A stretch of 64,000 nt of DNA from Octopus sinensis (Eukaryota): the NCBI RefSeq assembly GCF_006345805.1, contig NC_043005.1, positions 86,676,001-86,740,000 of the forward strand, given 5' to 3'. Of this stretch, positions 39,244 to 53,249 are shown in pieces. A program made the translations under genes and the position numbers. Position 1 is the first letter of the stretch; each line of letters starts with the position of its first letter. The notes under the pieces were generated by a model. The model ran no database searches. It had not been told where the DNA came from and was given only the letters and a program-made list of their open reading frames with translations.

Positions 39244-40689
39244 CATGTCTAATATATACATATGTATACATCTTCACATATTTTCTTCTACTCCTAAGCA
39301 CTGACCTGTCCAACCACCTAATCTATATTCCTAAATTCTTCATTCCATACTACTACCCCTTTCTCTGTTCCATCAATTACTTTCTATCATTACATAATTG
39401 ACAATCCTTTACTTTTTATTCCTCTCTCTCTCTCTCTATCACCCACCCTAATTCCTTCTATCATTTTACACTCTAATACCTTTCTCTCTCTATCACCTTT
39501 ATCTCCCCATTCCTACTTTCAAATTATCTTGACTGACCGCTAACTGGTAGACTTTCCCGTATCTCTCTTGTCTTTATATTTTCCTTTTCCTTTCTTTTCT
39601 TTATTCCTCTCTTCCTATTTTTCTTTTTTTCCGTTATTCCACTCTTCCTGTTTTCAATTTGACCTTACGTAATACATTCCCTACTTTTAGGTCACTTTAA
39701 ATAAAACCCTTGATTCAATAACACTGTCGACAAACTCTATACTTGGAATGACCAATTTAAATAGTACTGGATTTTACTAATAAGGTATTGGAATTTTATA
39801 TTTATACCATTCTGCCTAAATAATGGATGTACAAATGCAATATCCCTGCATATCTCACATCTATTTTCATCCTCCACTTCACTCTCTATTTCGTATGGAA
39901 ACAGCTGTAAGAACTTCTATTTATAAATGTTCTAAAATCTTCACAACCTTAGTTTTTATCTAACTCTGAAAAAAAGAATTATATATATATATATAAAGAG
40001 AGAGAGAGAGAGAAAGAGGGAGAGAGAGAGATATATATATATACATACACATATATATGATATTTGTGTGTGTGTATGTATTTATGTATATGTACGACAA
40101 GCTTCTACACAAATTTCATTCTTAACATATTGGTCGGTTTGGGTTATTAGAAGGTTCTTGTCCAAGATGCTGCGTGGCGGGACTGAACCCGAGTTCATAT
40201 GGATGTATAACGAGATTCCTAACCGCGCAGCCATGTCTGCATCTATATTCCAACATTGAAAAAAATATATATAACAATTCTAAAGTGTGTTTTTAGTGGT
40301 GAAGCAGTTTGCCTCATTGACCCACAACTGATATGAAAATAAATTAGACGTTAAATGTAATATCGAAGCGGAAACATCACAGGTTGAGTTTGGGATACGG
40401 AAAGAGCGAGGTGGGAAATAACCTTCACGTTAAAGCGAAATCGAATGAACCGAAAGACATGACCATGTTTATGTCTTTATTTTCAGTAACCAACCACAGT
40501 ATTTTTGAGAATTCATTATTGAAACGATACTTTTGTTTATTCCGTGTATTTCTATGAGTCTTGTAATATATTTCCATTTTACAAGAATGTGTTGTATGAA
40601 TTTACCAGAAGCACATTCACGGTGAATTTGTAGTGAAACTTTCTTTAACACACTGTTGTATACAATTGTCACAAATTACTTGAACGTCC

Positions 40690-41345
40690 AGGTTACGAGC
40701 CAGGAATATGTTGAAATATTGTTCTAATATCCTGTACAGAGGCCAGATAACTTTTTTCAATATCCTTAATAATATATCTCAAATAAGTGTGTTTCTGCTA
40801 TTTCTCTTGCCACTTGAGCAAGCTACTGTATTCGGCTGGTAGCAGTTTCCGACATTTTGTTTTAGTTTGGTTTGTTTTGTTATTTTCTTCATTCTCTACA
40901 CAGGATATTATACAAACGTATTGTTTGCGAATATGATTCTAGATTGCCTTTACAGGAATCGACTAACTTGAATGAACTGTCATTTCATTGACAAATAAAT
41001 AAAGCAATGTTAACAAAAAGTTTCTCTTTAACATGCTTTGCAAGCGTACATCTTTTAGAAAATTGTATTGCTGTCTTAAGTGTTGTTCCTTGACGGCTGC
41101 AGCTTTCAGGCCATTCGTACATCGAGTGCCTGTAAAAACTGTTTTCGCAGTTAATTTTCGTTAAATGTTTCAGTATGTTAGAGAATGTCTGTAAATATTG
41201 ATTGTTCCCTACTTGTATGTCTTTCAATCGATAGGTTTTTAATAAACGTGTTTTCGCTTGGGTCTTGTCACTCGTTTCCTTCCTTAAGGGTTTCGTTTAA
41301 GAAGAATGATCTCATTAAAATAAGTGCGTTGGTCGCTTAGAGAGA
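40690..41345 (-). mobile_element. Old dispersed repeat, probably a non-LTR RT remnant (second copy 45962-46555)
   Basis: The two regions align by eye (tatcctgtaca...tttttcaatatccttaataatatat...tttccgac...ttaacatgctttgcaag...ttaagaagaa). The 46 kb copy reads NVGNSCRPITVASQTGK on the minus strand (RT NYRPI-like). Confidence 0.45.
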
Positions 41346-42348
41346 TTTTCATACGGATGCTGGAGTAAGTTTTCATATTCTTTTCCTTTTTGCTTTGATT
41401 TGTTAAAGAAAATTCTTTGCACCGCTGGTGTCTCATTAAATTCTTCTGTAGAATAACGTTAGATTATAAATTCACCAATTATATTGAATGACGGTAAAGT
41501 GGAAACTGTTTGCATTGAATCCGAATTGGTTCCAATTCAAAGAATATCTAGATAAATTTCCCAGCGTAGGTTACCTACGCAAGGAAAATTGATATAACAC
41601 AAGTGTCGCTTTACCAAGAATAATATACAAAGTCTTTTCTACATTTAGATTTATGAACCAATAGCTTATTTATCTTCAAAGCTATGTATATATAAACGCA
41701 TATACAATTGCACAGTATGTATCGATTTTATTCTGTATCATGCAGGGTTTATAAAACTTTAAACAGAATAAAAATACATTTTGTATTATTATTCCAAACT
41801 TACAATCTAAGCATTAAATACATGCGAATTGGCTGCAGCTAACTCTGGCGTTTGAAACAATTACCTTAATTTCCAGATTGTTTATTAACATTTGGTATTA
41901 AAAGCGTAGAGGTTAGGATCGTCTGTTTGTCTCATGTTACCGTGGTAATGCATATGATTCGTCTCCGCTGGCGCTGATAAATAAAATATCGGACATCTTT
42001 TGCATTCAAGATTGCTTAAGAGGTCTGTTGGTGAGATAGCTTTGATCATAAGACATATGGTTGAATGTAAAGATCTTAACAACTAAATGACAGGGGTTGA
42101 AAATAAGCATTATGACGGGGTGTACCACTTCTCTACTTCTCTTTGGGAAAGATACGGAGTTGGTGGTGGGTGTGAAAACAGGTGTGTGTGCGTGCGTGTT
42201 TGTGTGCGCGTGTGTGTGCGTGCATGTGTGTATGTGAGCGTCTGTGTGTGTAGAGAGAGAATGAGGATCGGAGGACACTTGGCATTACCATTCCTGTGTA
42301 CTTGTTGAAATAAGGAACAAAAAGTAAAGCATCTCAAAGTAGGAGAAA

Positions 42349-42420
42349 TGGCGTAGTGGTTAAGAGCGCGGGTTAGTAAATCCAAAGTTCCGCGTTCGAT
42401 TCCAGGCAGTGACCTGAATA
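42349..42420 (+). mobile_element. tRNA-derived SINE-like head followed by (AAT)n
   Basis: Box A TGGCGTAGTGG (42349-42359), box B GTTCGATTCC (42394-42403); no complete acceptor stem, so not a tRNA gene. Confidence 0.65.
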
Positions 42421-42440
42421 ATAATAATAATAATAATAAT

Positions 42441-42674
42441 ATTCAGGGACCTTTTGAGCGGGATGGGCTGCTCGACCTGATGAAAATTTTAACTGGGCCC
42501 CACCTGCAAGGTTATGTACTGTTTATCTTGATATGAGATCACCATATCGCTCACATATGGTTGTACTGCATGGGCCTGGTGTACCCTTATCAAACGGTTA
42601 GTTATGATGGTTATAATGGGCTTCGTAAATTTTACCCCAGTGTCACTTTGATGGCATGCACTGCTCTCTCACTC
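42441..42674 (+). mobile_element. 3' end of a (TAA)n-embedded element family (second, shorter copy at 43935-44019 on minus)
   Basis: Ends ccagtgtcactttgatggcatgcactgctctctcactc(aat)n; its reverse complement recurs at 43935-44019 between (ATT)n tracts. Confidence 0.6.
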
Positions 42675-42772
42675 AATAATAATGACAATGATGATAATAA
42701 TAGTAATAATAATATATATATATATATATATATATAATTTACATTATCCATCTCTCTCTCTCTCTTTATATA

Positions 42773-42976
42773 TTGATTCGTTAGTTACTGCACGCATTTT
42801 TTTCTCTCCTTCTTTCTGTGTTTTTTTTCTCTCCGTGTATCTTTCTGTTGAAGAGCGTAGGCTCGAAACGTTAAAGACTTGTTTTATTTATATTTCCTGA
42901 GCGCCATACTAATACAATTGTTTGTTTGTTTTCCACCTGCCTTCGTCTTTTGTCTATTTTCATAAAGCTTCCCGTT
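42773..42976 (+). mobile_element. ~200 bp hammerhead-like element, copy 2 (motif 42840-42878)
   Basis: tcttt CTGTTGA a GAGC gtag GCTC GAAA cg TT aaaga; near-identical to the reverse complement of 9649-9850. Confidence 0.65.
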
Positions 42977-42989
42977 ATATATATATGTA

Positions 42990-43395
42990 CACTCTTTTAC
43001 TCTTTTACTCTTTTACTTGTTTCAGTCATTTGACTGCGGCCATGCTGGAGCACCATCTTTAATCGAGCAACTCGACCCGGGACTTATTTTTGTAAGCCCA
43101 GTAGTTATTCTATCGATCTCTTTTGCCGAATCGCTAAGTGACGGTGACATAAACACACCAGCATCGGTTGTCAAGCAATACTAGGGGGACAAACACAGAC
43201 ACACAAACACACACATATATATATACATATATAAGACGGGCTTCTTTCAGTTTCCGTCTACCAAATCCACTCACAAGGCTTTGGTCGGCCAGAGGCTATA
43301 GTAGAAGACACTAACCCAAGGTGCTACGCAGTGGGACTGAATAGGAACCATGTGGTTGGTAAGCAAGCTACTTACCACACAGCTACTCCTGCGCC

Positions 43396-43396
<1 letters not shown>
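42990..43396 (-). mobile_element. SINE-A full length
   Basis: From the (actctttt)n tail and cagtcatttgactg hairpin to the head ...actcctgcgcct. Confidence 0.92.
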
Positions 43397-43433
<37 letters not shown>

Positions 43434-43459
43434 AAGTATATATTATATTATATATATAT

Positions 43460-43508
<49 letters not shown>

Positions 43509-43789
43509 TATTATATATATATATATACTGCATATATATATATACTGTTCACATTGTTATATTTTTAAGTTTCTGAATTTTTTAAAAATGTTTCTTTTCT
43601 TTTTATAAATTTTGCTGTGGTTTACAGTCTTTTAGAAATTTTTATTGTACAGTTTGTATATACTGGCAGGTGCTTACCTCCTTATTTTAATTTTACTGTT
43701 TTGTCGTGCATTAAACTATAGTGTCGCAATAAATGGTATGTTTACATATTCGGATAGTCAGGGAGAAAAGAAAGATAAAACTTCGATAT

Positions 43790-44751
<962 letters not shown>

Positions 44752-44753
<2 letters not shown>

Positions 44754-45148
44754 TATGTCTGACTTTTCCTTTATGTATGTACAAGTTGGCTCCAAGTCTC
44801 ACCCAGAGACCTCAAGAGACAACAGGTTGGAAGCTCTGTGCCGTATATTTGGGTTTTTTTTTGGTATTGTACTAGTGAATATCTAATACATAAAAATAAA
44901 ATTTAAAAAGAAAAAGTTTGTTTTAAACTTTGGGATTACATAGAGAGTATTTTGCGTAGGATATGAGCAGTTCCCATGAGCACTATCTTTTGAATTTCTG
45001 CCATTTTGGGGTTTCCTGGTATCTGAGTTAGGTAGCAATCAGTCCCTTTCGCTATCATTCCCAGGGCACCTATGACAACAGGTATTGATTTAGTCTTCAG
45101 CTTCCACATTTTGCTGATTTCTATTTCAAGATCTTTATATTTGCTCAT
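44752..45148 (-). mobile_element. R4/Dong-type element 3' end (RLE C-terminus plus 3' UTR) between (TAA)n tracts
   Basis: ORF 44936-45163 SKYKDLEIEISKMWKLKTKSIPVVIGALG...IQKIVLMGTAHILRKIL*; the 3' UTR runs into (AAT)n. Confidence 0.88.
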
Positions 45149-45159
45149 TATTATTATTA

Positions 45160-45207
<48 letters not shown>

Positions 45208-45280
45208 TATTATTATTATTATTATATTATTATCATTATTACTATTATTATTATTATCATCATTATTATTATTATCATTA

Positions 45281-45329
<49 letters not shown>

Positions 45330-45352
45330 CATCATCATCATCGTCATCATCG

Positions 45353-45399
<47 letters not shown>

Positions 45400-45961
45400 T
45401 CCTATTGATATGTTCTTTTAAGTTAAATTATGTATACGCATTTTTTATCTTTTATCTCTTACTTGATTCAGTCATTAGACTGCGACCATGCTGGGTCGCC
45501 ATTTTGGAGAATATTTACTCAAGTGAATCGATCTGAATACATATCTTACTTTAAAACATGTTCCTTATTCTGTCGCCCTCTTTTGCCGAAACGCTAATTT
45601 ATGAGGCATTTAACCCAAAATGGCGATTGATATGCGGTCGCTGGAGAGAAACTCAGACTTAATGATTTGCACACACGCACATGCATGCACCCCAACGCAC
45701 ACAAGCGAGGTGGGGAATGCATGCTTATCGTTTTTTCTCTCGTCTTAATGTTTTGAGATGAAATGCCCTCGTGGTTGATTAAGCCTTTCACCCTTTCGGG
45801 GTCGATTAAATAAGCACCAGTTGAGTATTGCCGTCGATATAATCACCTTAACCCCTTCCTCGAAATTGTTGACCTGATGTCAACATTTGAAACCCATATC
45901 GTATTTAAGTTTTCTCCTTATTTCAACAAACTCATGCCTCTTATTACTTACTGAACGTCTA

Positions 45962-46555
45962 GATTTCGAGCCAGCATGTCCTTGAAAAATTGCTGTAATA
46001 TCCTGTACAAAGACCAAATGAATCTTTTCAATATCCTTAATAATATATTTGAAATAATATTATTTCTGCTATTTCAATTTCCAGTCTGAGAAGCTACCGT
46101 AATTGGTCGGCAGCTGTTTCCGACGTTTTCCTGTCCCTGATAATATAAAAACTTATTGTTTACAAGTATGATACGAGTTCACCTTTTCAGGAATTCTCTT
46201 AATCGAATGAAATGTCATTTCACCCACTTATCAAAGAAGTAATATTAACTAGAACTTTTTTCTTAACATGCTTTGCAAGGCTTTTATCTACAAGATAACT
46301 TTGCAGTACTTTTTATCTCTCGTTTCTTGACGGCTTCAACTTTGAGCGCAAATGGAAATCCATGACGTATAAACGCTATCTTCGAAGTTGATATGTCGGT
46401 GAATCTCTGTAAATATTTACCATTCCTTATTTCTATAGCTTTCAGTTGATAGGTTATTCAATAATCGGGCTTTCGTTATAGACTTGTCAACTGTTTCCTT
46501 CCTAAAGAGTTTCGCTTAAGAAGAAAAGTTTCATTAAAATAGATTTTAAGTATAT
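45962..46555 (-). mobile_element. Old dispersed repeat, copy 2 (see 40690-41345)
   Basis: By-eye alignment; RT-like NSCRPITV motif. Confidence 0.45.
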
Positions 46556-46913
46556 TAGAATTTAGATAAGAAGAAGAATCTGCATACAAGCTTTGGGACA
46601 ATCAGTTTCAATTCAGTTTCTAGCAATAACTAGGTCAATATGACAATAGGAAATAATACAAATATATTTTGCGCAGGCCTGGCTGTGATTTTAATAAGCT
46701 TGGTATGCAGCCTCATGTCTTCGAGTTCAGTATCACCTCGTGACATTTTAGGCAAGTTTCTTCTACGCCAGGATATGGGGAATGCCGGCTACAAGTACAG
46801 GCAACGGATTATCCGAAATGACATGATCTATGTAAATACACATATCTTTGACTGCATTCTTCTGAAGATAGGCGTTTGTGCATCGTTAGAAACATTATTT
46901 CCCATTTCAATCC

Positions 46914-47157
<244 letters not shown>

Positions 47158-47310
47158 TAGGCGCAGGAGTGGCTATGTGGTAAGTAGCCTCCTTACCAAC
47201 GACATGGTTCAGGGTTCAGTGCCACTGCGTGGCACCTTAAGCAAGTGTATTCTAATATAATCACGGCCTGAACAAAGACTTGTGAGTAGATTTGGTAAAC
47301 GGAAAATTAA
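47158..47310 (+). mobile_element. SINE-A 5' half
   Basis: aggcgcaggagtggctatgtggtaagtagc...gggttcagtgcc...tgtgagtagatttggtaaacggaaa. Confidence 0.85.
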
Positions 47311-49169
47311 AGAATACACATGCGCCAATTTATTCAGCATGTCATTCAGAATTTAGGTGCAATTTCTGAGATTTTACCTGCTGCGCCTTGTAGGACCTCC
47401 ATATATTCTTTCAAAGATTTGTCAGCCTAAATATTCTAAGAAACAACGAGACAAGTTTTGAAACCGCGTCCGTGTCGGTTTTTCGGGAGCTGTTTATTTG
47501 TGTGAAGAACTGACGACAATCTTCTGTTTCAATAATATTGTAGACGTGAGTTACAAGCGTAGAGTTTTTATGGCAAGGCCAAAGAAGAGAGCTAAGCTTT
47601 AGGCAAGTTTAAATTCATTAGAAACATTCAATTCCCAACTGAAGCCATTTGAATTTATTAACGTAGCTAAACCTCATTTGGAAAATACGATTATTTCAAA
47701 ATCTCATTCATACTGCCTTAGTTAATTCAGAAATACTTGCAAAGCAACTAACAATAGTTAATTTATAGTATTACATTTTAAAAAGCCATACAACAGCCAA
47801 TGTAAAAATAATTATATATTTGAAATAAGAAATGCGGGCTCATTGTAATGTATACAAATGAGACACAATTTGGCGCAAATAAATTTCTGGCATATTGAAT
47901 ATATAGTTCAAGCTTCGATTTATTTGTTCCATAGTTCATTACTCTATAGGTAGTAATATTCTTGTGCAGGTGCGTGGCATACTGGTTAGGTTGGTACTCG
48001 AAAGAAGTTGGTTTCGATTCTCGCATCCAGCGGTGCATCGTGTTCAGGAGCAAGACTACTTATTTCCCGTTACTCTCCTTCACCCACATGTAAATGAGTA
48101 AGCAGTTTGACGGACTGGGGTCTTGTAGAGGTAGGGGTGGGGGAATGTTGTGATCTCGGTCATTTTAACATCATGGAATCTAGGCAGGTAAACCTAACAG
48201 CCGTAAGACTCGAAACAGTAATATATCAGTAATATATCAACAGGGTTTGTTGATACTGTTGTTTTCGTTGTCGCTGTTGTTATTGTTGCTGTTCTTCTTG
48301 TTGTCATTGGTGGTGGTGATGAGGATGATGATGATGAAATAATCTTCTTTACTCCGATTACGTTCTCCGCTGAATATTTAGGTGAAGAGAGAGAGAGAGT
48401 GAATCTTTCTACAAAATTCGATCCCACAGTCTGTATGTGGTACTATCGCCTGCTAGAGACAGCAGTTAGATGCTCTTCAAACTACACATGACAGAATAGC
48501 AGATTTAATTTGCGTAGTGCAACTAATTTGGGTGGTAGATTTAACTACTGCCAGGGATGAACATGAATATTTGCCCCTTCGGCTACGTTTAACGGAACAC
48601 GCTGATTGTAGCATTTAAAACAGTTCTCTTATTTCTAAACACCCACTCTCCTTCCTTTCTTCCATTTGTTTCAGATGACCTGCAAGTGAATAGGCACACT
48701 ACCATCCAATCAGACATAAAAAAAGAAAAACGGTGGATTCATTTGATAAGTTAGTTGTATGAAGCAAGATGATCTTTCGAAGGCAATAATGCGTTCTAAA
48801 CGTCATAATTCTACCCCGTGAAATTCATAGCAATTAATAACAATGGCAACATCAGCGACAACTGATATTGCCAGAAAATATTTGTACAAGTATGCAATCA
48901 AAGAAATATATATTAAATATGATGTAATCATTCATTCTATTAAATTTGCAAGTAAAAACATTGGGTACGAGAAGAATTCATAAATGATCAGTGAATTCTC
49001 ATCAATCAAAGAAGCATGTGATGAGGATTAGGATGATAAATGGTGCATGTAGTGAGAAAGAGAGGTATACGTGAAAAGTATACATAAGAAGGAGAATTAT
49101 GCATGAATCACCCCACGTCAGCCTTGTAGACAAGAACAAGAGTAATTTCGAAGTCTTTAAAATACAAAC

Positions 49170-49870
49170 GCAGGGGTGACTGTGTGGTAAGTAGCTTGCT
49201 TACCAACAATGTTTTTCCAGGTTCAAACCCACTGCATGGCATCTTGGGAAATTGTTTTCTACTATAGTCTCGAGCCGACTAAAGCCTTGTGAGTGGATTT
49301 GGTAGACGGAAACTGAATGAAGCACATCGTACATATCTATATATATATATACGTTTGTGTGTCTGTGTTTCTTTGTGTAACTGTGTTTGTCCCACCAGCA
49401 TCGCTTGACAACCGATGCTGGTGTGTTTACGTCCCCGTAACTTAGCGATTCGGCAAAAAGATACCGATAGAATAAGTACTAGGCTTACAAAGAATAACAT
49501 TATTTACAATATTTACATTTGACATATATTTTTCTTCATCTTGTGTGTTAACACAATGTTTCGGCTGATATACCCTCCAGCCTTCATCAGGTGTCTTGCG
49601 GAATTTTCGAACCTGGGTTCTTATTCCTAAGGTATTTTTCAATGATGATGTTGTTGTTGTTGTTGTTATTGTTGTTGTTGTTGTTATTATTATTATTATT
49701 ATTATTATCCGTCAGATATAAATAATGTAAATAATGTACATAACTCTTCATCTTTTAAATATAGAACTGTATTACGAAGAATAAGTCCCGGGGTCGATTT
49801 GCTCGACTAAAGGCGGTGCTCCAGCACGGCCGCGGTGAAATTACTAAGACAAGTAAAAAAGAGAAAAGAG
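49170..49870 (+). mobile_element. SINE-A interrupted at 49498-49773 by a hammerhead-bearing insert
   Basis: The SINE continues across the insert; flanking duplication acaaagaataa (49487-49497) / acgaagaataa (49774-49784). Confidence 0.85.
49550..49595 (-). ncRNA. Minimal type I hammerhead-like motif
   Basis: Minus strand reads gacac CTGATGA a ggctg gagggtatat cagcc GAAA ca TT gtgtt: stem I gacac/gtgtt, stem II ggctg/cagcc, extra A after A9, helix III reduced to one pair. Confidence 0.65.
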
Positions 49871-50141
49871 AAACTTTCATCTCAGGATACTGTTTTGCTC
49901 TTCCGATTGCACAAGTGATTGAAAATATCACTGGATCGATAAATAAATATTACAAAGGTAAGTGATTAGAACGTTCAGGATAAAAGGACATACAGGTGAG
50001 GTGGAAAAGTACGGAGAGAGAATATACCACGGGTCAACAAAAGTACATCAAAGTACCAGAAATTGTATCCATGTAAAGTTTGATTTATCCATATATAGCA
50101 GAATACGAATCATTACATGCGTGGAATACATTTTGTAATTA

Positions 50142-50471
50142 CACAACATCATAAGCGGGAAGTGTAACCTCTCGAAAGAGCTGTTCTTCACTCCTGCTCC
50201 GGAGCGTCGGCTGCGGGGTCATTCCGAAAAGCTCTACCTGCGACGATTTCATCTCAATCGAAGGAGAGGAGCTTTCTCCGTCCGGGTTGCGGATCCGTGG
50301 AACAAGCTGCCAGATGAGATGGTGAAGATGCCGACGACTGCTTTGTTCAAAGCCTCCCTGGACCTCAAGTGGCCTGAACTCTTTACATGAACACCACCCT
50401 GTACTTAACTCTATGTCCCCCTACATGGCCTTGCTATTTGCTTTTGAGCCAAATTAACTAACTAACTAACT
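50142..50471 (+). mobile_element. CR1-group LINE 3' end with (AACT)n tail
   Basis: Same family as 21249-21810; ends ttttgagccaaattaactaactaactaac. Confidence 0.88.
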
Positions 50472-51119
50472 ATATTTTACTGATTTCGCATTTCAGTTTT
50501 CTATCATTTATGAGTTCTAAGATGCGAAGAATATGGAAAATGTCGCAACGACGGTCGATTTTACCGATTCCAGTACTTGCACTGATATTTCGTTCGTTAG
50601 CAGCAGCAAAAAAAGACAACGGGAATGTGTGTCAACTTGGGCGATATAAGAACAAAGAAAATAAAGAACTATATACCGCAAGAATACTCCATTCGCCAAT
50701 ATACACTTCCTGCTGTGTATCTCCTGATGAAAAGGATAACATTTAACAAAGCCTGTAAAAAGAATTATTCAGCATCATTAAACATTGCGCGCACACACAT
50801 AAACACGCCCATACATACACATACGTATAGACAGACATACACACACATATGCACCCGTGTGCGCGTGTGTGTATATACAAATACAGACATAACAAATAAC
50901 ATAAGACACAAATTCTAGACTTATTAAAGTGAGAGCTCCGCCTCTAAACGATGTGTCACGATGACCAGAGCAACATCGTAGACAACAAAATTCAAAAGAA
51001 TCTATATCAATATAATTATGACGCCTTAGCGAAAGTTGTAGAGTTTTTAATAGTCAAACGTCATTAATTAAATGGTTACCGACACGATGATGATGACGAC
51101 GACGACGATGATGAAGATG

Positions 51120-51173
<54 letters not shown>

Positions 51174-51994
51174 GTGATGATGATGGTGGTGGTGATGATG
51201 ATGATAATGATGATGATGCAATACATGGATATATTCCATAAGAGGGTAACTTGTCCTTTATGTCATGTAACTGATAATTGAAAAATGGGACATTTCGTAT
51301 AGATTTACATTGAAACCATATTTTTTAATTTTTTGTATTTTATATTTTTGAAAGTGAGATGTAGAAGAAATGACAGCATATACGTTAGGGTGTGTTGTTA
51401 ATCAACAGAAACACATTTATCGTCCGTACATTACTTTATTCATCAACATTTTCTCGATAAAATATACAAAATCTCAATGGATATCTCAATATCAAAAGAG
51501 AAGGCTGCAACTTTTAATAATTTTTAAAGATATTAGTGTCACTTGGATTAATGATCTTCTCAAAGTTATACAGAAATGAAACTGGAAAGAAGCGGAATTT
51601 ACACAAATAATTATGCTTATATAATTATAGAGGACCGAGAGTTCATTAATGAAGTTGATTTGAATTAAGCTGTACTAACTATATCCTACATCTTCGGCCA
51701 CCATCATCCATAAATTCTTTCTTCCAATTTGTTTGAGAGGAAATTCTAAATGAAGTGAGGATTACTTTTATTTAATCATTTATTAACGACTTCTGCTGGT
51801 GTTGCTATCTAACATTCTTACATATTATGGCTGTGTGGTCCAGCAGCTCGGTTTGGAAGCAGATGGTGCCAGATTCAGTTCTATTAAGCGACACCTTGAG
51901 CTAGTGTTTTCTGCTACAGCTTCATATATTAAGGCCGATAAATGCCTTGTGAACCGATTTGGTAAACAGCAAATATTTACAAGCCTGTCGTATA

Positions 51995-52058
<64 letters not shown>

Positions 52059-52121
52059 GATAGATAAAGAGGTGAGACAGAGATACATAAATACATAATT
52101 ATTTATGTATACTTATACATA

Positions 52122-52165
<44 letters not shown>

Positions 52166-52202
52166 TATATATATATATATTATATATATATATATATTAT
52201 AT

Positions 52203-52245
<43 letters not shown>

Positions 52246-52269
52246 TTATATACATACATTTATATACAA

Positions 52270-52455
52270 CAAGCGGTACATGGATAAATTCCTCCAGGAA
52301 ACACCTACACCTGGATATATCTCAACCAACAACAACTCACTGCTTGAGTGGTCCATGGTGTTCAGAAATAATTAACTAAATGACTTTTCCAGGTGGTGCT
52401 AGCGAAATAGTTATGGCCTGGGCTGATAATGCCCAAACCAATCCAAGTAATCTAA
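52270..52455 (+). mobile_element. Short CR1/jockey-like 3' fragment in (TA)n
   Basis: Reads MDKFLQETPTPGYISTNNNSLLEW, resembling the LDKFL..IPD.P..PGY...N.NSLLDW LINE terminus. Confidence 0.4.
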
Positions 52456-52457
52456 GT

Positions 52458-52484
<27 letters not shown>

Positions 52485-52488
<4 letters not shown>

Positions 52489-52910
52489 AAACAAGTCAAA
52501 AATAGAAAATGCTAAGATAATTTTATAGTGAATCTTTCAGTACCGGTTTCGGTCATTTTGAGACCTTTTCAACTGTAACGATTAAATAATTAAATTTAGA
52601 AAAATTAGAAGAAAAGTTTTTTTAAGGGAATATTTCTATAGTAGTGTTCAGATATAAGTGGCATTCTGCCTTTCTCTGACTCCCTTGTTTGCACTTGTGT
52701 GTTCGAGGTCGTTGTGAGTTCTTGGTAGTGGTAGGAGAGCAGAAGGCTGATGTGGAGAGGGGGTGGGGAAATCTGGAATGCCTTGATGGTCGTATTTTGA
52801 ATGGTCAGTGGCGGACAGCAGTCGCAGTTCAATTCAGGAATTGTTTATGGAATTTGCGTAGGCGTTATACTGAAAGGCATTAGTGACAAGGTTAAGGGGT
52901 AGAAGGTATA
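52485..52910 (-). mobile_element. PLE-like 3' fragment ending in a variant hammerhead (52535-52578)
   Basis: Minus strand reads cag TTGAAAA GGTC tcaaaat GACC GAAA C cg G TA ctg. The upstream short ORF 52605-52832 is only weakly reminiscent of a GIY-YIG C-terminus. Confidence 0.55.
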
Positions 52911-53205
52911 TTATAATTATGCCCTCTATATATAAATTAATATGTTCAATAAGAAATAATTATTTTCGAAATTTTTTCTCTTATGAGTTTTTACGCTATC
53001 TATACTGACATTTCTTGAAGTTTTCCTTATTAAGAGTTGTCCTTAATTGCAAAATTTTTATTCCGAAAAAACTTTTCCTCTCCCGAAATGCAGAAAAGTC
53101 TGCCATTCACCCGGATGTATATATATAACTACCATGTGCTTCGTTGATGTGATCAGTTAGCTGTTCGCCTTAAGCGAGGCAGGGTCGTTGATTTATAATA
53201 CATTC

Positions 53206-53249
53206 AGGCCTGCTGATGATTACGAAGTATGAATCATGTGATAAGGCCT
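53206..53249 (+). ncRNA. Type I hammerhead motif, unit 1 (deletion-damaged)
   Basis: aggcctg CTGATGA ttacgaagtat GAA tcatgtga TA aggcct; lacks one A of GAAA and bases in stems I and III relative to unit 2. Confidence 0.6.

Noticed and set aside
42349-42420. Possible tRNA gene
   Set aside because: Pol III boxes present but no acceptor stem or complete cloverleaf; treated as a SINE head.
50510-50918. Short non-repetitive ORFs
   Set aside because: No recognisable domain; lengths compatible with chance.
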